This document shows positions 36,070-46,002 of a DNA stretch of 64,000 nt, one piece after another. This DNA is from Patescibacteria group bacterium (GTDB lineage Bacteria; Patescibacteriota; Minisyncoccia; Phycocordibacterales; Phycocordibacteraceae): positions 25,907 through 89,906 of the forward strand of contig JAZKIU010000001.1 in NCBI GenBank assembly GCA_040384705.1, written 5' to 3'. The translations under genes were made by a program, and so were the position numbers. Positions within the stretch are counted from its first letter, which is position 1. Each line of letters opens with the position of its first letter. The notes beneath the pieces are model-generated. The model ran no database searches. It saw only the letters and a program-made list of their open reading frames with translations, and was not told the origin of the DNA.

Positions 36070-38292
36070 ATGAGTAAGTCGTTCTGGAAGAAGCACCTTC
36101 AGAATCCCCACCCTCTCCTTCGCTACGCCTTCATAGGAGGCGGAGTCTTCATGCTCATCTGCGGCGTGGCCATACTCTCGGTCGCGTTCACCCCGATACC
36201 GGACCTTAATTCCTTCGACGCACGCAAGGTGTCGGAGTCGACCAAGATATACGACCGGACCGGCAAGACCATCCTCTACGACCTCAACCACGACATGCGC
36301 CGCAACGTCGTGCCTCTTTCGGCTATGTCCAAGAACCTCCAGCAGGCCTCGATCGCGATCGAGGACGATAAGTTCTATGAGCACAGCGGCGTGCGCCTGT
36401 TCTCGTTCATACGCGCCCTGCTCGCTAATATCGAGAGTGGCTCATTCAGCCAGGGCGGTTCGACCATCACCCAGCAGGTGGTGAAGAACACCATCCTCAC
36501 CGGCAAGAAGAGCCCTATCCGTAAGGTGCAGGAGTGGATACTCGCCTGGAAGCTCGAGGGTAAGTACACGAAGGATGAGATCCTTGAGTTCTATCTCAAC
36601 GTGACCCCGTACGGCGGCACGCTCTATGGCGCGGAGGCGGCAAGCCGTTCCTTCTTCGGGAAATCGGCTTCGGACCTATCACTCGCCGAGGCCGCGTACC
36701 TGGCCGCGCTCCCCCAAGCGCCGAGCTATTACTCCCCATACGGCAACAATCGCGCCGCACTTGATAGCCGCAAGGACCAGGTGCTCTCCCGCATGCTGCA
36801 TCTCGGCTATATCGATGAAGCGACATACACGACGGCGAAGAGCGAGGCGGTGACGTTCAGTCGCCAGCAGAATGGGGGTATCATAGCTCCCCACTTCGTC
36901 TTCTATGTAGAGCAGTACCTCGAGCAGAAGTACGGAACAGACGTCGTGAACCAAGGCCTTTCCATAATCACCACACTCGATGTCGATCTTCAGAATGATG
37001 CGGAGGAGATAGTGAACCGCTACGCGCTCGCGAACGAGGGCAGGTTCAATGCGGAGAACGCGGCGCTCGTCGCGATCGATCCCAAGACTGGGCAGATACT
37101 TTCCATGGTGGGTTCCCGTAACTACTTCGATCCGGATATCGACGGCAACTACAACATCGCGCTCGCTCCCCGGCAGCCAGGCTCCGCCTTCAAGCCGTTC
37201 GTGTACGCAGCGGCTATCGCGAAAGGCTACACACCCGAGTCCGTCCTCTTTGATCTCCCTACCCAGTTCTCGACCGCCTGCTCCCCAAGCGACGTATTCA
37301 ATAGTGCGCCGCCTTGCTACGCACCAGGTAACTACGACCAGACATTCCGTGGCCCGATGACGTTCACTTCCGCGCTCCAGCAGTCGATAAACATCCCAGC
37401 GGTGCAGACCCTCTATCTCGCCGGTATCAAGAACGTCATCGACCTCGCAACGCGCATGGGCATCCAAGGCCTTGGCGACCCGAAGGATTACGGTCTCTCA
37501 TTCGCGCTCGGTGCCGCTGAGGTGCGCCTTCTTGATATCACGAGCGCGTACGGTGTCTTCGGCAATGACGGTATCCGCCATGCGCCAACTGGGGTGCTCG
37601 AGGTCCGCGATAAGAAAGGAAAGATCATCGAGAAGTTTGAAGAACGCGGCGAGATGGTGCTCGATAGCAACGTAGCGCGTCAGATGGCGTCTATCATGTC
37701 GAATAACGACGCGCGTATCCCCGCGTACGCAGCCAACAATCCGCTCACAGTCGCCGGATACGACGTTGCAGCTAAAACCGGCACAACCAACGAATCGCGC
37801 GACGCATGGACCGTCGGATACACCCCGGATATCGCGGTTGGTGTGTGGGCCGGCAACAACGATAATCGCCCGATGGTGAAGGAAATCGCAGGATACATCG
37901 TCGCCCCTATGTGGAACGAATTCATGAAGAAAGCCCTCGTGAAGAAGCCGGCGACCTTCTTCCAAGAGCCTCCCGCAACGCCGACCGATGTTTCCCCTGC
38001 GCTTCGTGGCCAATCATTCGTACAAGCGGCCGACGGAAGCATGAGTGCGCACAGCCTCCTGTACTGGACGAACAAGGACGCTCCGCAAGGCCCTCCTCCT
38101 GCGAATCCGGGATCCGATCCTCAATTCCCCTACTGGGAAGCTCCTATACAGGCATGGCTCGCTTCAGGGGGCGCCATGCCGTCGCAGGAAACGACCCAGA
38201 ACGAGGAGGATCTGCTCGATGAGTTGGACGACTTACTTGATCAAGCAGCCGACCTCCAACGGAAGCAGCGGCCCGACATCGGAGGACAGTAA
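36070..38292 (+). CDS. Class A penicillin-binding protein (PBP1A family)
   Basis: Transglycosylase EDDKFYEHSG, GGSTITQQ, RKVQE; transpeptidase SAFK, SIN, KTGT. Confidence 0.96.
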   Translation: MSKSFWKKHLQNPHPLLRYAFIGGGVFMLICGVAILSVAFTPIPDLNSFDARKVSESTKIYDRTGKTILYDLNHDMRRNVVPLSAMSKNLQQASIAIEDDKFYEHSGVRLFSFIRALLANIESGSFSQGGSTITQQVVKNTILTGKKSPIRKVQEWILAWKLEGKYTKDEILEFYLNVTPYGGTLYGAEAASRSFFGKSASDLSLAEAAYLAALPQAPSYYSPYGNNRAALDSRKDQVLSRMLHLGYIDEATYTTAKSEAVTFSRQQNGGIIAPHFVFYVEQYLEQKYGTDVVNQGLSIITTLDVDLQNDAEEIVNRYALANEGRFNAENAALVAIDPKTGQILSMVGSRNYFDPDIDGNYNIALAPRQPGSAFKPFVYAAAIAKGYTPESVLFDLPTQFSTACSPSDVFNSAPPCYAPGNYDQTFRGPMTFTSALQQSINIPAVQTLYLAGIKNVIDLATRMGIQGLGDPKDYGLSFALGAAEVRLLDITSAYGVFGNDGIRHAPTGVLEVRDKKGKIIEKFEERGEMVLDSNVARQMASIMSNNDARIPAYAANNPLTVAGYDVAAKTGTTNESRDAWTVGYTPDIAVGVWAGNNDNRPMVKEIAGYIVAPMWNEFMKKALVKKPATFFQEPPATPTDVSPALRGQSFVQAADGSMSAHSLLYWTNKDAPQGPPPANPGSDPQFPYWEAPIQAWLASGGAMPSQETTQNEEDLLDELDDLLDQAADLQRKQRPDIGGQ

Positions 38293-38329
38293 AAGAAACG
38301 AGCGCCTAAGGCGCTCGTTTCTTTTACTG
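38287..38329. terminator. 21-bp-arm palindrome containing both convergent stop codons
   Basis: CAGTAAAAGAAACGAGCGCCT-A-AGGCGCTCGTTTCTTTTACTG. Confidence 0.75.
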
Positions 38330-39424
38330 ATTCATCGGCATTACCAAATACAAGAATGAGTTGTCACCAGTGCCTCGCATCACGAGCGCACGCCCTATCC
38401 CTGAGGCTGAAAGCGTAATGCTCTCGGAGGGAATTATCGAAAGTGCTGCAGTGAGGTAGCGATGATTGAACGAGAGCTCTATCGAGTCGCCGGACACCGC
38501 TCCTGCGACCTCCTCATTCGATTCCCCTATATCCGCATTCTGTGCGGAGAGCTGTATACGCTTGCTGGCAGGATCAAACGCGAGCCGTACCTTCTGGAAA
38601 GTGTCGGAGAAGACCGCGGTGCGCCTGAGCGCAGTCTCGAAATCCTTCTTGATGAGGTTCGCTTCGGCGAGGAATGACTTCGGTATTATCTGCGCGTAGT
38701 CAGGATAGTTCGCGGCGACGAGGCGCGTGGTGACGAGCCCTCCCTTCCAGCTCATCGCGCATTGGTGCTCGTCGAGAGCTACGGAGATATCCTCGGCCGG
38801 AAGCGTCTGCACGATATCGAGCGCGTTCTTGGCTGGGATAAGCATCGAGAACGGCGCGATGGAGCCGGTGAGCGATATCTTCTTCTCCGCGAGTCGGAAG
38901 GAATCGGTAGCCACCGCCTTCAATTGCCCGCCTTCCGCTGAGATAAGAACACTTGCGAGCTCGGGACGAACGGTCGAGGTCGATGCGAATGCAGCGACGG
39001 ACGAAATGAGGTTCGCGAGCACTGCGCCCGGGAGCGTAAATTCGCTCGTAGGAGCGTCCGGGATAGGCAGTATAGGGAAATCCTCGGAGGCGAGGGTCTT
39101 GAGCGTGCTCTTGGCCGTTCCTGCGGCAATGATGACGGTATCTCCCGCGTGCTTGAGGGATAGTTTCCCATTCCCCGACATGCTCGCGGTTATCTCACGG
39201 AGAACATTTGCCGGAAGCACGACTACTCCCGTCTCTTCGATGGTGCCTTCGACCTTGATATCGATACCGGTCTCCAGGTTCGTTGCACGAAGCTTGATGC
39301 CATCGTCCCCTGCGATGAGCGCGATGCCTGCAAGGACAGGAAGACTGCCTGATCGTCGCTCTGCGAATCGAGCTACGCTCCCCACCGCTTCCTTGAATGC
39401 ATTTTTATCTAGAGAAATAATCAT
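38324..39424 (-). CDS. dnaN: DNA polymerase III beta clamp
   Basis: ATNLE, ATDSFRLA, YPDYAQIIP, YLVMPM. Confidence 0.97.
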   Translation of the reverse strand: MIISLDKNAFKEAVGSVARFAERRSGSLPVLAGIALIAGDDGIKLRATNLETGIDIKVEGTIEETGVVVLPANVLREITASMSGNGKLSLKHAGDTVIIAAGTAKSTLKTLASEDFPILPIPDAPTSEFTLPGAVLANLISSVAAFASTSTVRPELASVLISAEGGQLKAVATDSFRLAEKKISLTGSIAPFSMLIPAKNALDIVQTLPAEDISVALDEHQCAMSWKGGLVTTRLVAANYPDYAQIIPKSFLAEANLIKKDFETALRRTAVFSDTFQKVRLAFDPASKRIQLSAQNADIGESNEEVAGAVSGDSIELSFNHRYLTAALSIIPSESITLSASGIGRALVMRGTGDNSFLYLVMPMNQ

Positions 39425-39665
39425 ATCGCTACTATTATTAGGGGTGTTGATACCGTGGATATCGATTCTGAGCCTGTAGCTGCGGCGTATAAATTATTTC
39501 GGCGTCCCACTAAGCTGTTGAAAACCCGAGTACAGCTTCGTTCGATGCTGGGGACGAGAATCGAAGACCCGGTTTCCTGTCCCCAACCACCCTCCTGTCT
39601 CCCCATCCTGTCCGCTGTCTTTTCCATATCTTTTCCCCACTATACCAACATACTTCTCCCCCGGG
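39425..39665. other. Probable oriC (dnaA-dnaN intergenic region)
   Basis: On minus: tandem DnaA-box variants ATATCCACG and GTATCAACA, then CCCC, then TAATAATAGTAG trio-like run; further degenerate boxes such as 39516-39524. Confidence 0.7.
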
Positions 39666-41024
39666 TTATACCAGGAGCGAACGGATGTCCTGGATCTCTT
39701 TCGCGAGCTCCGCGTCCTCGCGTACCTCCCGCTTCACCTTCTCGCACGAGTGGATGACGGTCGTGTGGTCGCGGCCGCCCAGCTTCGAGCCTATCGTCGG
39801 GTACGACACGCTGAAATCCTCCCGGAGGATGTACATGATGACCTGACGAGGACGCACCACTTCCCTTCTGCGGGTCTTTTCATAGATGCTTTCCTCGTCT
39901 ATTCCGTAGAACTCGGCGACTTTCGAGACCACATGCTTCACCGACACTGTTTTCGTAGGGCGGGAGAAGGAACGGAGCGATTGGCGTACTTCGGCGAGGT
40001 CCGGCGGAACGCCCTTCACCTGCGTGTGGCAGACGACGGAGTTGATGACGCCCTCGAGTTCGCGGATGGAACCTGAAATGGAGGCTGCGATGTGCTCGAC
40101 GACCTCGTCCGAGAGCGTAACACCATGAATAGCTGCCTTCCTGCGCACGATGTTCATCCTCGACTCCCTATCCGGTTCGCTGATATCAACCGTCATACCG
40201 CTCTGGAAGCGTCCACGGAGCCTTTCCGCGATGTCCGGGATAGCGGCCGGAGAACGGTCGGACGAGAAGATTATCTGCTTGTTGTTGTCGTGGAGAGAGT
40301 TGAAGAGATGGAAGAGCTCCTCCTGGAACTTATCCTTCTTCGAGAAGAACTGGACGTCGTCCACTATCAGAAGATCGTACTGGCGGTACTTCTCCTTGAA
40401 TCGGTTGGCGGTACCCGCCTGGAGCGAGTCAGTGTATTCGTTACCGAAGCGGTCCGACGTGAGATAGAAGACCTTGCGGGTCGGGTACAGCTTCTTGTAC
40501 TGGTTCCCTATCGCCTGGATGAGGTGGGTCTTTCCTCTTCCAGTGTCCCCATATATGAAGAGTGGGTTATACGTAATACCTGGGCGGCGTATGACCGCTT
40601 CCGCTGCGCTGTGCGCCAGGTCATTGAACGAGCCCACCACGAACGTTTCGAAGGTGTAGCGCGGATTGAGGTTATCGCTCTTGTTGATATAGAACTCATT
40701 GAGCGGTAGTTCCGGTGTCGGAACCGGCTGACGCTTCACTTCTTTAGGCTTCCGTCGGTCATCTTTCACTATCATGTACTCGATATTCCGGTATTCGTAG
40801 GAAACAGAGCGCACTATCTTCAGAAGAAGCGTGTGGAACTTCTTCAGGTACCAGTCGCGGAAGAATTGGCTCGGGACCCCGACGTATACGATGCCGTCCT
40901 CTATCTTTATTATCGAACTATCACGGAACCAGGTGTTGAAATTAGCTTGGGATATGGAAAGTTCGACTTGCGTGAGCATATATTCCCAGAGTTCGCGCGT
41001 ATCGAGACGATTCATAGTGTTCAT
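39666..41024 (-). CDS. dnaA: Replication initiator DnaA
   Basis: LNPRYTFETFVVG, YNPLFIYG..GRGKTHL, DDVQF, GRDHTTVIH. Confidence 0.98.
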   Translation of the reverse strand: MNTMNRLDTRELWEYMLTQVELSISQANFNTWFRDSSIIKIEDGIVYVGVPSQFFRDWYLKKFHTLLLKIVRSVSYEYRNIEYMIVKDDRRKPKEVKRQPVPTPELPLNEFYINKSDNLNPRYTFETFVVGSFNDLAHSAAEAVIRRPGITYNPLFIYGDTGRGKTHLIQAIGNQYKKLYPTRKVFYLTSDRFGNEYTDSLQAGTANRFKEKYRQYDLLIVDDVQFFSKKDKFQEELFHLFNSLHDNNKQIIFSSDRSPAAIPDIAERLRGRFQSGMTVDISEPDRESRMNIVRRKAAIHGVTLSDEVVEHIAASISGSIRELEGVINSVVCHTQVKGVPPDLAEVRQSLRSFSRPTKTVSVKHVVSKVAEFYGIDEESIYEKTRRREVVRPRQVIMYILREDFSVSYPTIGSKLGGRDHTTVIHSCEKVKREVREDAELAKEIQDIRSLLV

Positions 41025-41046
41025 GTCCCGGGTAGTATACCCAACC

Positions 41047-41055
41047 TGTGGATAA
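41047..41055 (-). promoter_or_regulatory. Consensus DnaA box in the dnaA promoter region
   Basis: TTATCCACA on minus; a one-mismatch copy at 41108-41116 reaches the rpmH start codon. Confidence 0.85.
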
Positions 41056-41115
41056 AGAGCGAAAACAGCGGTTTCCTTGCTCGCTTGGCGTCAAGCTGGT
41101 ACTATCCTGTGGATT

Positions 41116-41253
41116 ATGCCAAAGCGCACGTATCAGCCGAAGAAGAGGAAGCGCGCCCGAACTCACGGGTTCCGCGCTCGTACTGCGACGCCGTCGGGCA
41201 GGAAGCTCCTGCTCCGCCGCCGCCGCAAGGGTCGCGCGAAGCTTACCGTCTAA
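41116..41253 (+). CDS. rpmH: 50S ribosomal protein L34
   Basis: Hand translation [45 protein letters not shown]. Confidence 0.97.
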   Translation: MPKRTYQPKKRKRARTHGFRARTATPSGRKLLLRRRRKGRAKLTV

Positions 41254-41588
41254 TGATGCCGCGTCGCCTGCGACTCTCTCGGGAGACGTTCGCGAAAGCA
41301 GCCTCGGGAAGGCGCGCCACAAGCGCGCATTTTTCCGTTACGGTCCGGAATACGGCCAAGGAAGGCGGTGCAGCAGTCGTTATCTCCAAGAAAGTGGCTA
41401 AGAAGTCGGTGGACCGCCACCTGCTCAAGCGCCGTGCGCTCGATGTGATCCGTCCACTCGTCTCCCCCACCTATTCCATGATCATCTACGCGAGATCAGG
41501 AAGCCCCGCCCTCTCATACCGCGCGCTCAAGGAGGAACTGACCCAGCTCGTTACGGAGGCGGTAGGTTCTGGGAAGGATATGCGATAG
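41253..41588 (+). CDS. rnpA: RNase P protein component
   Basis: VISKKVAKKSVDRHLLKRR; between rpmH and yidC. Confidence 0.93.
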   Translation: MMPRRLRLSRETFAKAASGRRATSAHFSVTVRNTAKEGGAAVVISKKVAKKSVDRHLLKRRALDVIRPLVSPTYSMIIYARSGSPALSYRALKEELTQLVTEAVGSGKDMR

Positions 41589-41598
41589 TCTGTAGTCC

Positions 41599-42333
41599 AT
41601 GACGTCATTCTTCCACACCGTTCTCTACACGCCGATATACAACCTCCTCATATTCCTCACCGATGTCCTTCCGGGCGGCGATATCGGTCTTGCGGTCATC
41701 GCAGCGACCATCATCGTGAAGCTCATTATCATGCCACTCTCCCTTTCGGCGCTCCGTACGCAGAAGGTCATAAAGCTCATCGACCCGAAGGTGAAGGAGC
41801 TCAAAGTGAAATACAAGGACGATAAGGAGAAGCTCGCTATTCAGACCTTCGCGCTCTACAAGGAGTACGGCATAAACCCGTTCGCAGGGCTCCTCACACT
41901 GTTCATTCAGCTCCCCATCCTCCTCACCCTTTTCTGGGTGTTCCAGTCGAAGACCCTCCTTACAGTGGACACGAACATGCTCTACTCGTTCGTTCCCGTA
42001 CCCGAGATGATATCCCCGAATTTCCTCGGTCTATTCGCTATCGGAAGCGCGAGTATCACGCTTGCACTCGTCGCGGCCGTCCTCCAGTTCGTCCACGGCT
42101 ACTACAGCTTCCCTATCCCGGAGAAGAGCACCGCTACCGGCAAGGATGCGCTCCACGCAGACTTCGGCCGCTCCATGGCGCTCCAGATGCGCTTCCTCCT
42201 CCCTATCTTCGTCGGTATCGGCGCGTACGTGACGAGTAATGCCATAGCGCTTTACCTCATCACCGCGAGCGTCGTGGGCCTCGCGCAGGAATTCTATATA
42301 CGCCGTAAGAACGACTCTTCCGCTACGAAATAA
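41599..42333 (+). CDS. yidC: Membrane protein insertase YidC
   Basis: LYKEYGINPFAG, IQLPIL, ALYL. Confidence 0.93.
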   Translation: MTSFFHTVLYTPIYNLLIFLTDVLPGGDIGLAVIAATIIVKLIIMPLSLSALRTQKVIKLIDPKVKELKVKYKDDKEKLAIQTFALYKEYGINPFAGLLTLFIQLPILLTLFWVFQSKTLLTVDTNMLYSFVPVPEMISPNFLGLFAIGSASITLALVAAVLQFVHGYYSFPIPEKSTATGKDALHADFGRSMALQMRFLLPIFVGIGAYVTSNAIALYLITASVVGLAQEFYIRRKNDSSATK

Positions 42334-42336
42334 GAG

Positions 42337-43575
42337 CTACAGGTCGTAGGACCACAAGGATCCATCGACCTTATTCATGAAAACGAGCACGTCTTCGCCC
42401 GCATCGATCGAGAGCGATTGAGCATCTATCTGCACGTCCGCGAGCTGGCGCGGATCGAACGTAAGGGTTGCGACGCGCGTAGCTAAATCAATACGCCATA
42501 CACGGTCCGAGAAGGAGCGGGCACCCTGGTACCAATCATCGGGCAGTATGCCTGAGAGCGAGGTAGGGACGCCGCAATAGAGGGCATCGCTGCCTGGTGT
42601 CCACACGCATTTCTCCGGCAGGGTCGAGAGCGGCAGAGGAACGGCAGTGCGGGTGGCGGTGTCGAAGACCTGCGTATATATCTTTCCGCGGTCAGCGTAG
42701 CTATAGAGGATCTTCGTGCCGGACGGTGATGGGAGAGTCGAAAGCCCGCGGAGCGGCCCGAGGACGCGCGTGAACGTTCCTGCCTTGTCGACGAGGAACG
42801 CATATCCGTCGAGATGTGCGGAGGCTTTGGTCTGCGCTACATACCCGCTTCCTGCGAAGGCGACGCGCAGCGATGACATCACTGAGGAGAAGATGGTCGT
42901 GGCGCCGCTGCCGTCGGTGTTCATTATGGTCGCGACCGATCCGCTGCCGCTTGAGAGGAGCGTAAGGACGCTCGAGCTCGCCGCCGTTATCTGCGCGAGG
43001 CCTTGCGTAAGGAAATAGCCCCCTTCCCCGCTCACCGGCAGTAGGTACGTGCTTACGCGCTCTTCGGTACCGTCCTTCTCAAGGAACCGTACGAAGGCGC
43101 GCGAACCATCGCGCGTCCATGAAGCGTCCTCGATACCAGGCAGCGTCTTGTTCGAAAGCCTCGTCATCGTGCGCTCGTGGATTCGGAAGGAGTACACGTT
43201 ACCACTCTGCCGATCGATATAGCGGACTTCCACATCTTCTGGCACTGCGATAACCGTCGTCTGGGTCGTTGTCGCGGTCGAGGAAGCCGTTACCGGCGCG
43301 GAAAGTTGCGGTGGGAAGTATATAGATGCGGTGCCTTTGGCGACCGGTCCGTTCGTGAGCTTCATGAGGCGTGGAGGGAAGACGGTCCCGGCTCCAGGCG
43401 TAGGCACCCCCGTGTCCACGGGTGTCACTGCTCCCGGATCCCTGTCGTCCGCGGAACCGAATGGGTCAGGACCAACCGCAATACCAGAGCCTTTGGAGAA
43501 GAAAAGGAAGTATGCGCTAAGCCCCAACGCAATGAGGAGGACGAGCGTACCGACGATGATGAGGATGCGACGCAT
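42337..43575 (-). CDS. Membrane-anchored beta-propeller-like hypothetical protein
   Basis: N-terminal TM helix; propeller-type turns (WTRDGS, PSPSGTKILY, EKCVW, LPDDWYQG). Confidence 0.7.
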   Translation of the reverse strand: MRRILIIVGTLVLLIALGLSAYFLFFSKGSGIAVGPDPFGSADDRDPGAVTPVDTGVPTPGAGTVFPPRLMKLTNGPVAKGTASIYFPPQLSAPVTASSTATTTQTTVIAVPEDVEVRYIDRQSGNVYSFRIHERTMTRLSNKTLPGIEDASWTRDGSRAFVRFLEKDGTEERVSTYLLPVSGEGGYFLTQGLAQITAASSSVLTLLSSGSGSVATIMNTDGSGATTIFSSVMSSLRVAFAGSGYVAQTKASAHLDGYAFLVDKAGTFTRVLGPLRGLSTLPSPSGTKILYSYADRGKIYTQVFDTATRTAVPLPLSTLPEKCVWTPGSDALYCGVPTSLSGILPDDWYQGARSFSDRVWRIDLATRVATLTFDPRQLADVQIDAQSLSIDAGEDVLVFMNKVDGSLWSYDL

Positions 43576-43577
43576 AA

Positions 43578-44540
43578 TTATTTCTTGTCGTACGAACAGG
43601 AGCAGTACTGCTTCTGCCCGTTCGCCGTCTTCGCGGTGCTGCACGAGACCCCATCCCCTTTCTGGTAATTGCAGCACTGGATAGCGGTATTATCGGTCCA
43701 CGCTATCTCCGTGCCGTGCGGGATGGATTTGCATGCGGTATTCGGCTCGCCAGTCGCCGGTATCTTGGACTGAGGCGGGTTCTGCGGGGAAACAGGCGCA
43801 GTCTTCAGTCCGCAGCAGATGCCGCCGTTCAGGTTCGTCGCGCAGCAGCTATCGGTGATCCGCAGTTCCCCCTTCCCTCCGTCGCACGCATTACCTTGCG
43901 GCTTCACCACAGTCTTGTCCTTATATTCTTCGCAGCTCGCGGCCGGAGTAGTGCCCTCTCTCTTCATGCAAATTGTTACGACCGTCCCGGTGCACGTTCC
44001 GCCGTCGGGTATTGGAGCTATGGCGCCACCATCGGCGGGTTTGCAGTTGGCTATAGGCAGGCCGCCCTGCTGCAAGCACTGCGTGCTGGCCGTACCGTAC
44101 GACGAAGTGTCGTTCGCCCATAGGATATCTTCCGCGATACTATCACCGGCCGATAGATCGGAAAGTCCTCGTATCTCGAGCTTCAGTATGTCCGGATTGA
44201 TTATGGAGAAGACGATGGTGGGCGCGAGGACGAGCAGTAGGCCGATGATAGTATCGCGGATGAGATTCTTCGCGTCCCCTATCTTCTCGTGGCTACCGGC
44301 CGCCGTCATCCAGGTCACGCCTGCCCGCATTATCTGCAGGACGCCAATGGCGGCTGCGAGCCCGATACATATCATGTATACGCTGTTGAGGAAGTTCGGG
44401 AGGTCGGCCGCGTTGCCTGCGAACGTTACGTTCTGTATGTTCGTGAGCGGCACAAAGCCCACTTCCGTATCCTGCGCAAAGGCAAGAACAGGAGCCAAGA
44501 CAATCATGGATATTACGAATGTAAGGAAAGTCTTTTTCAT
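43578..44540 (-). CDS. VirB2/TrbC-like pilin with Cys-rich C-terminal extension
   Basis: Signal peptide; AGVTWMTAAGSHEKIGDAKNLIRDTIIGLLLVL..IINP two-helix pilin pattern; 16 Cys C-terminal to the pilin. Confidence 0.7.
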   Translation of the reverse strand: MKKTFLTFVISMIVLAPVLAFAQDTEVGFVPLTNIQNVTFAGNAADLPNFLNSVYMICIGLAAAIGVLQIMRAGVTWMTAAGSHEKIGDAKNLIRDTIIGLLLVLAPTIVFSIINPDILKLEIRGLSDLSAGDSIAEDILWANDTSSYGTASTQCLQQGGLPIANCKPADGGAIAPIPDGGTCTGTVVTICMKREGTTPAASCEEYKDKTVVKPQGNACDGGKGELRITDSCCATNLNGGICCGLKTAPVSPQNPPQSKIPATGEPNTACKSIPHGTEIAWTDNTAIQCCNYQKGDGVSCSTAKTANGQKQYCSCSYDKK

Positions 44541-45514
44541 AGTCCGAATATACCAAGCCCACGCTCCTCCCCGAACTTAACTTGGAGGCGTTGTTCAGCG
44601 GTTGCGAAAGTCGCCGCCTGCTTAACACGGGCGATGAGGTTCGCGACCCCTCCCCCGCTCCCCGTCGCTCGGAGCGTAACGTCCTTATCGCTTCCACTCT
44701 CGGCATTGTTCACGAGCCAGGTGAGCGCGGATCCATTTGGGAAATAGTACGGAACGGCGCGGAATGTCTGCTCATCCCCGCCCATGGTGATGGCTCCTGA
44801 AAGCGCGGTATCGAAAAGGGGTCCGAGGAGCGGATCATTACGATATATACGGACGAGTGGATCTATCGGGGACACTACCGCACTGGTCTGCGCTACGATC
44901 GCGCTATCCGCGCTCGTTACGGTGAGTGTCACGCGGGTATCACGGAAGCGCACAGGCGCTGTTGCTGAAAGGTAGGACTTGCCGATACCGGACTCCGCTT
45001 GGAGCACGCGGTCCCCCAGGCGCCACGTATAGACGAGCGAGCTCGCGGGAAGGCGGGTGCCTGCCGAGGAGCGCAAATCAGGGAGTGCGATGATGCGTAG
45101 GAGTCCCTCCGAAGCGACACCCGCACCGCCCTGGTAGAACGGATGGGTGGTAGTGACCGGCTCTATAACGAGCGACACATCAGCAGGACGGACCGAAAGG
45201 GTCTTGTTGTAGGTGCGTCCTTCGGCGGTCACCGAGACGGTGATGGTGGTGACGCTTCCAGGCCCGCCAACAGTCACGTTCGTGGGTGCGGTGCCGCTCC
45301 CACGCGAGACGACGGTGCCGTTCGCTGAGACGGTGACCGCGCTTGAGGAAAGGTCGACGAGCGTGCTGCTTGGGGTCACCACAATCGTCTGGTATGGCTT
45401 CGGATACTCGGGGGAGATTGTTACGGTAAGCGGCTCGACCCCGCCGAATTGCGCATGGAGCGCACTCGGTACGAGAAGCGCGATGAGCGCGAGCGGGAAA
45501 AACAACCTCGACAT
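44537..45514 (-). CDS. Secreted tandem Ig-like domain protein
   Basis: Signal peptide MSRLFF..ALHA; beta-rich; LVYTWR, RAVPYYF; TATACT 6 nt before ATG 45514. Confidence 0.7.
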   Translation of the reverse strand: MSRLFFPLALIALLVPSALHAQFGGVEPLTVTISPEYPKPYQTIVVTPSSTLVDLSSSAVTVSANGTVVSRGSGTAPTNVTVGGPGSVTTITVSVTAEGRTYNKTLSVRPADVSLVIEPVTTTHPFYQGGAGVASEGLLRIIALPDLRSSAGTRLPASSLVYTWRLGDRVLQAESGIGKSYLSATAPVRFRDTRVTLTVTSADSAIVAQTSAVVSPIDPLVRIYRNDPLLGPLFDTALSGAITMGGDEQTFRAVPYYFPNGSALTWLVNNAESGSDKDVTLRATGSGGGVANLIARVKQAATFATAEQRLQVKFGEERGLGIFGL

Positions 45515-45564
45515 ACCGCTAGTATAGCGCCCTTTCACGTAGCAGGACGGATACGCCTGGGTAT

Positions 45565-46002
45565 TTATGCAGCTTCACGATGTTCGCCCGCAGCTGGTGC
45601 ATTATCATTCGCCGGCGTACCTCTTCTCATTCTTCGCTTCCCTACCTGCTGCGTAAGGAATGGCGCATTCTTCTTCTCTTTCTCCCCCACCTCCTTATTG
45701 TGCTGATAGATGAGCATCGCTACCCCAGTGGTAGTAGCAGGAAGCGCATTAATGAACGGAACGAGCTCGACGACGATAGCTGAGAGCGAGGTGAAGAGCT
45801 TCCCACCACCCTTGTTCGTGATGTATTGGACGCCGAGTAGCTGGAACCAGATGAAGAACACTATCCACACGAGCGGCGTAAGGAACCACGAGAAAACGGC
45901 ACCGAGCACCGTAAGCGTCAGGAGGAATTGGATAAGGTCTACGAGTATCGCTACAGCGAGAAGCGAGAAGATAGCGACCGGGCCTATCTTCTCCTGCTTC
46001 AT
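45565..46002 (-). CDS. Membrane protein of the T4SS-like cluster
   Basis: 3-4 hydrophobic segments, ELVPFINALP; overlaps the VirB4-like stop. Confidence 0.7.
   Translation of the reverse strand: MKQEKIGPVAIFSLLAVAILVDLIQFLLTLTVLGAVFSWFLTPLVWIVFFIWFQLLGVQYITNKGGGKLFTSLSAIVVELVPFINALPATTTGVAMLIYQHNKEVGEKEKKNAPFLTQQVGKRRMRRGTPANDNAPAAGEHREAA

Noticed and set aside
40833-41588. 251-aa ORF overlapping dnaA
   Set aside because: Only 41253-41588 is RnpA; rpmH occupies another frame and the rest is antisense to dnaA
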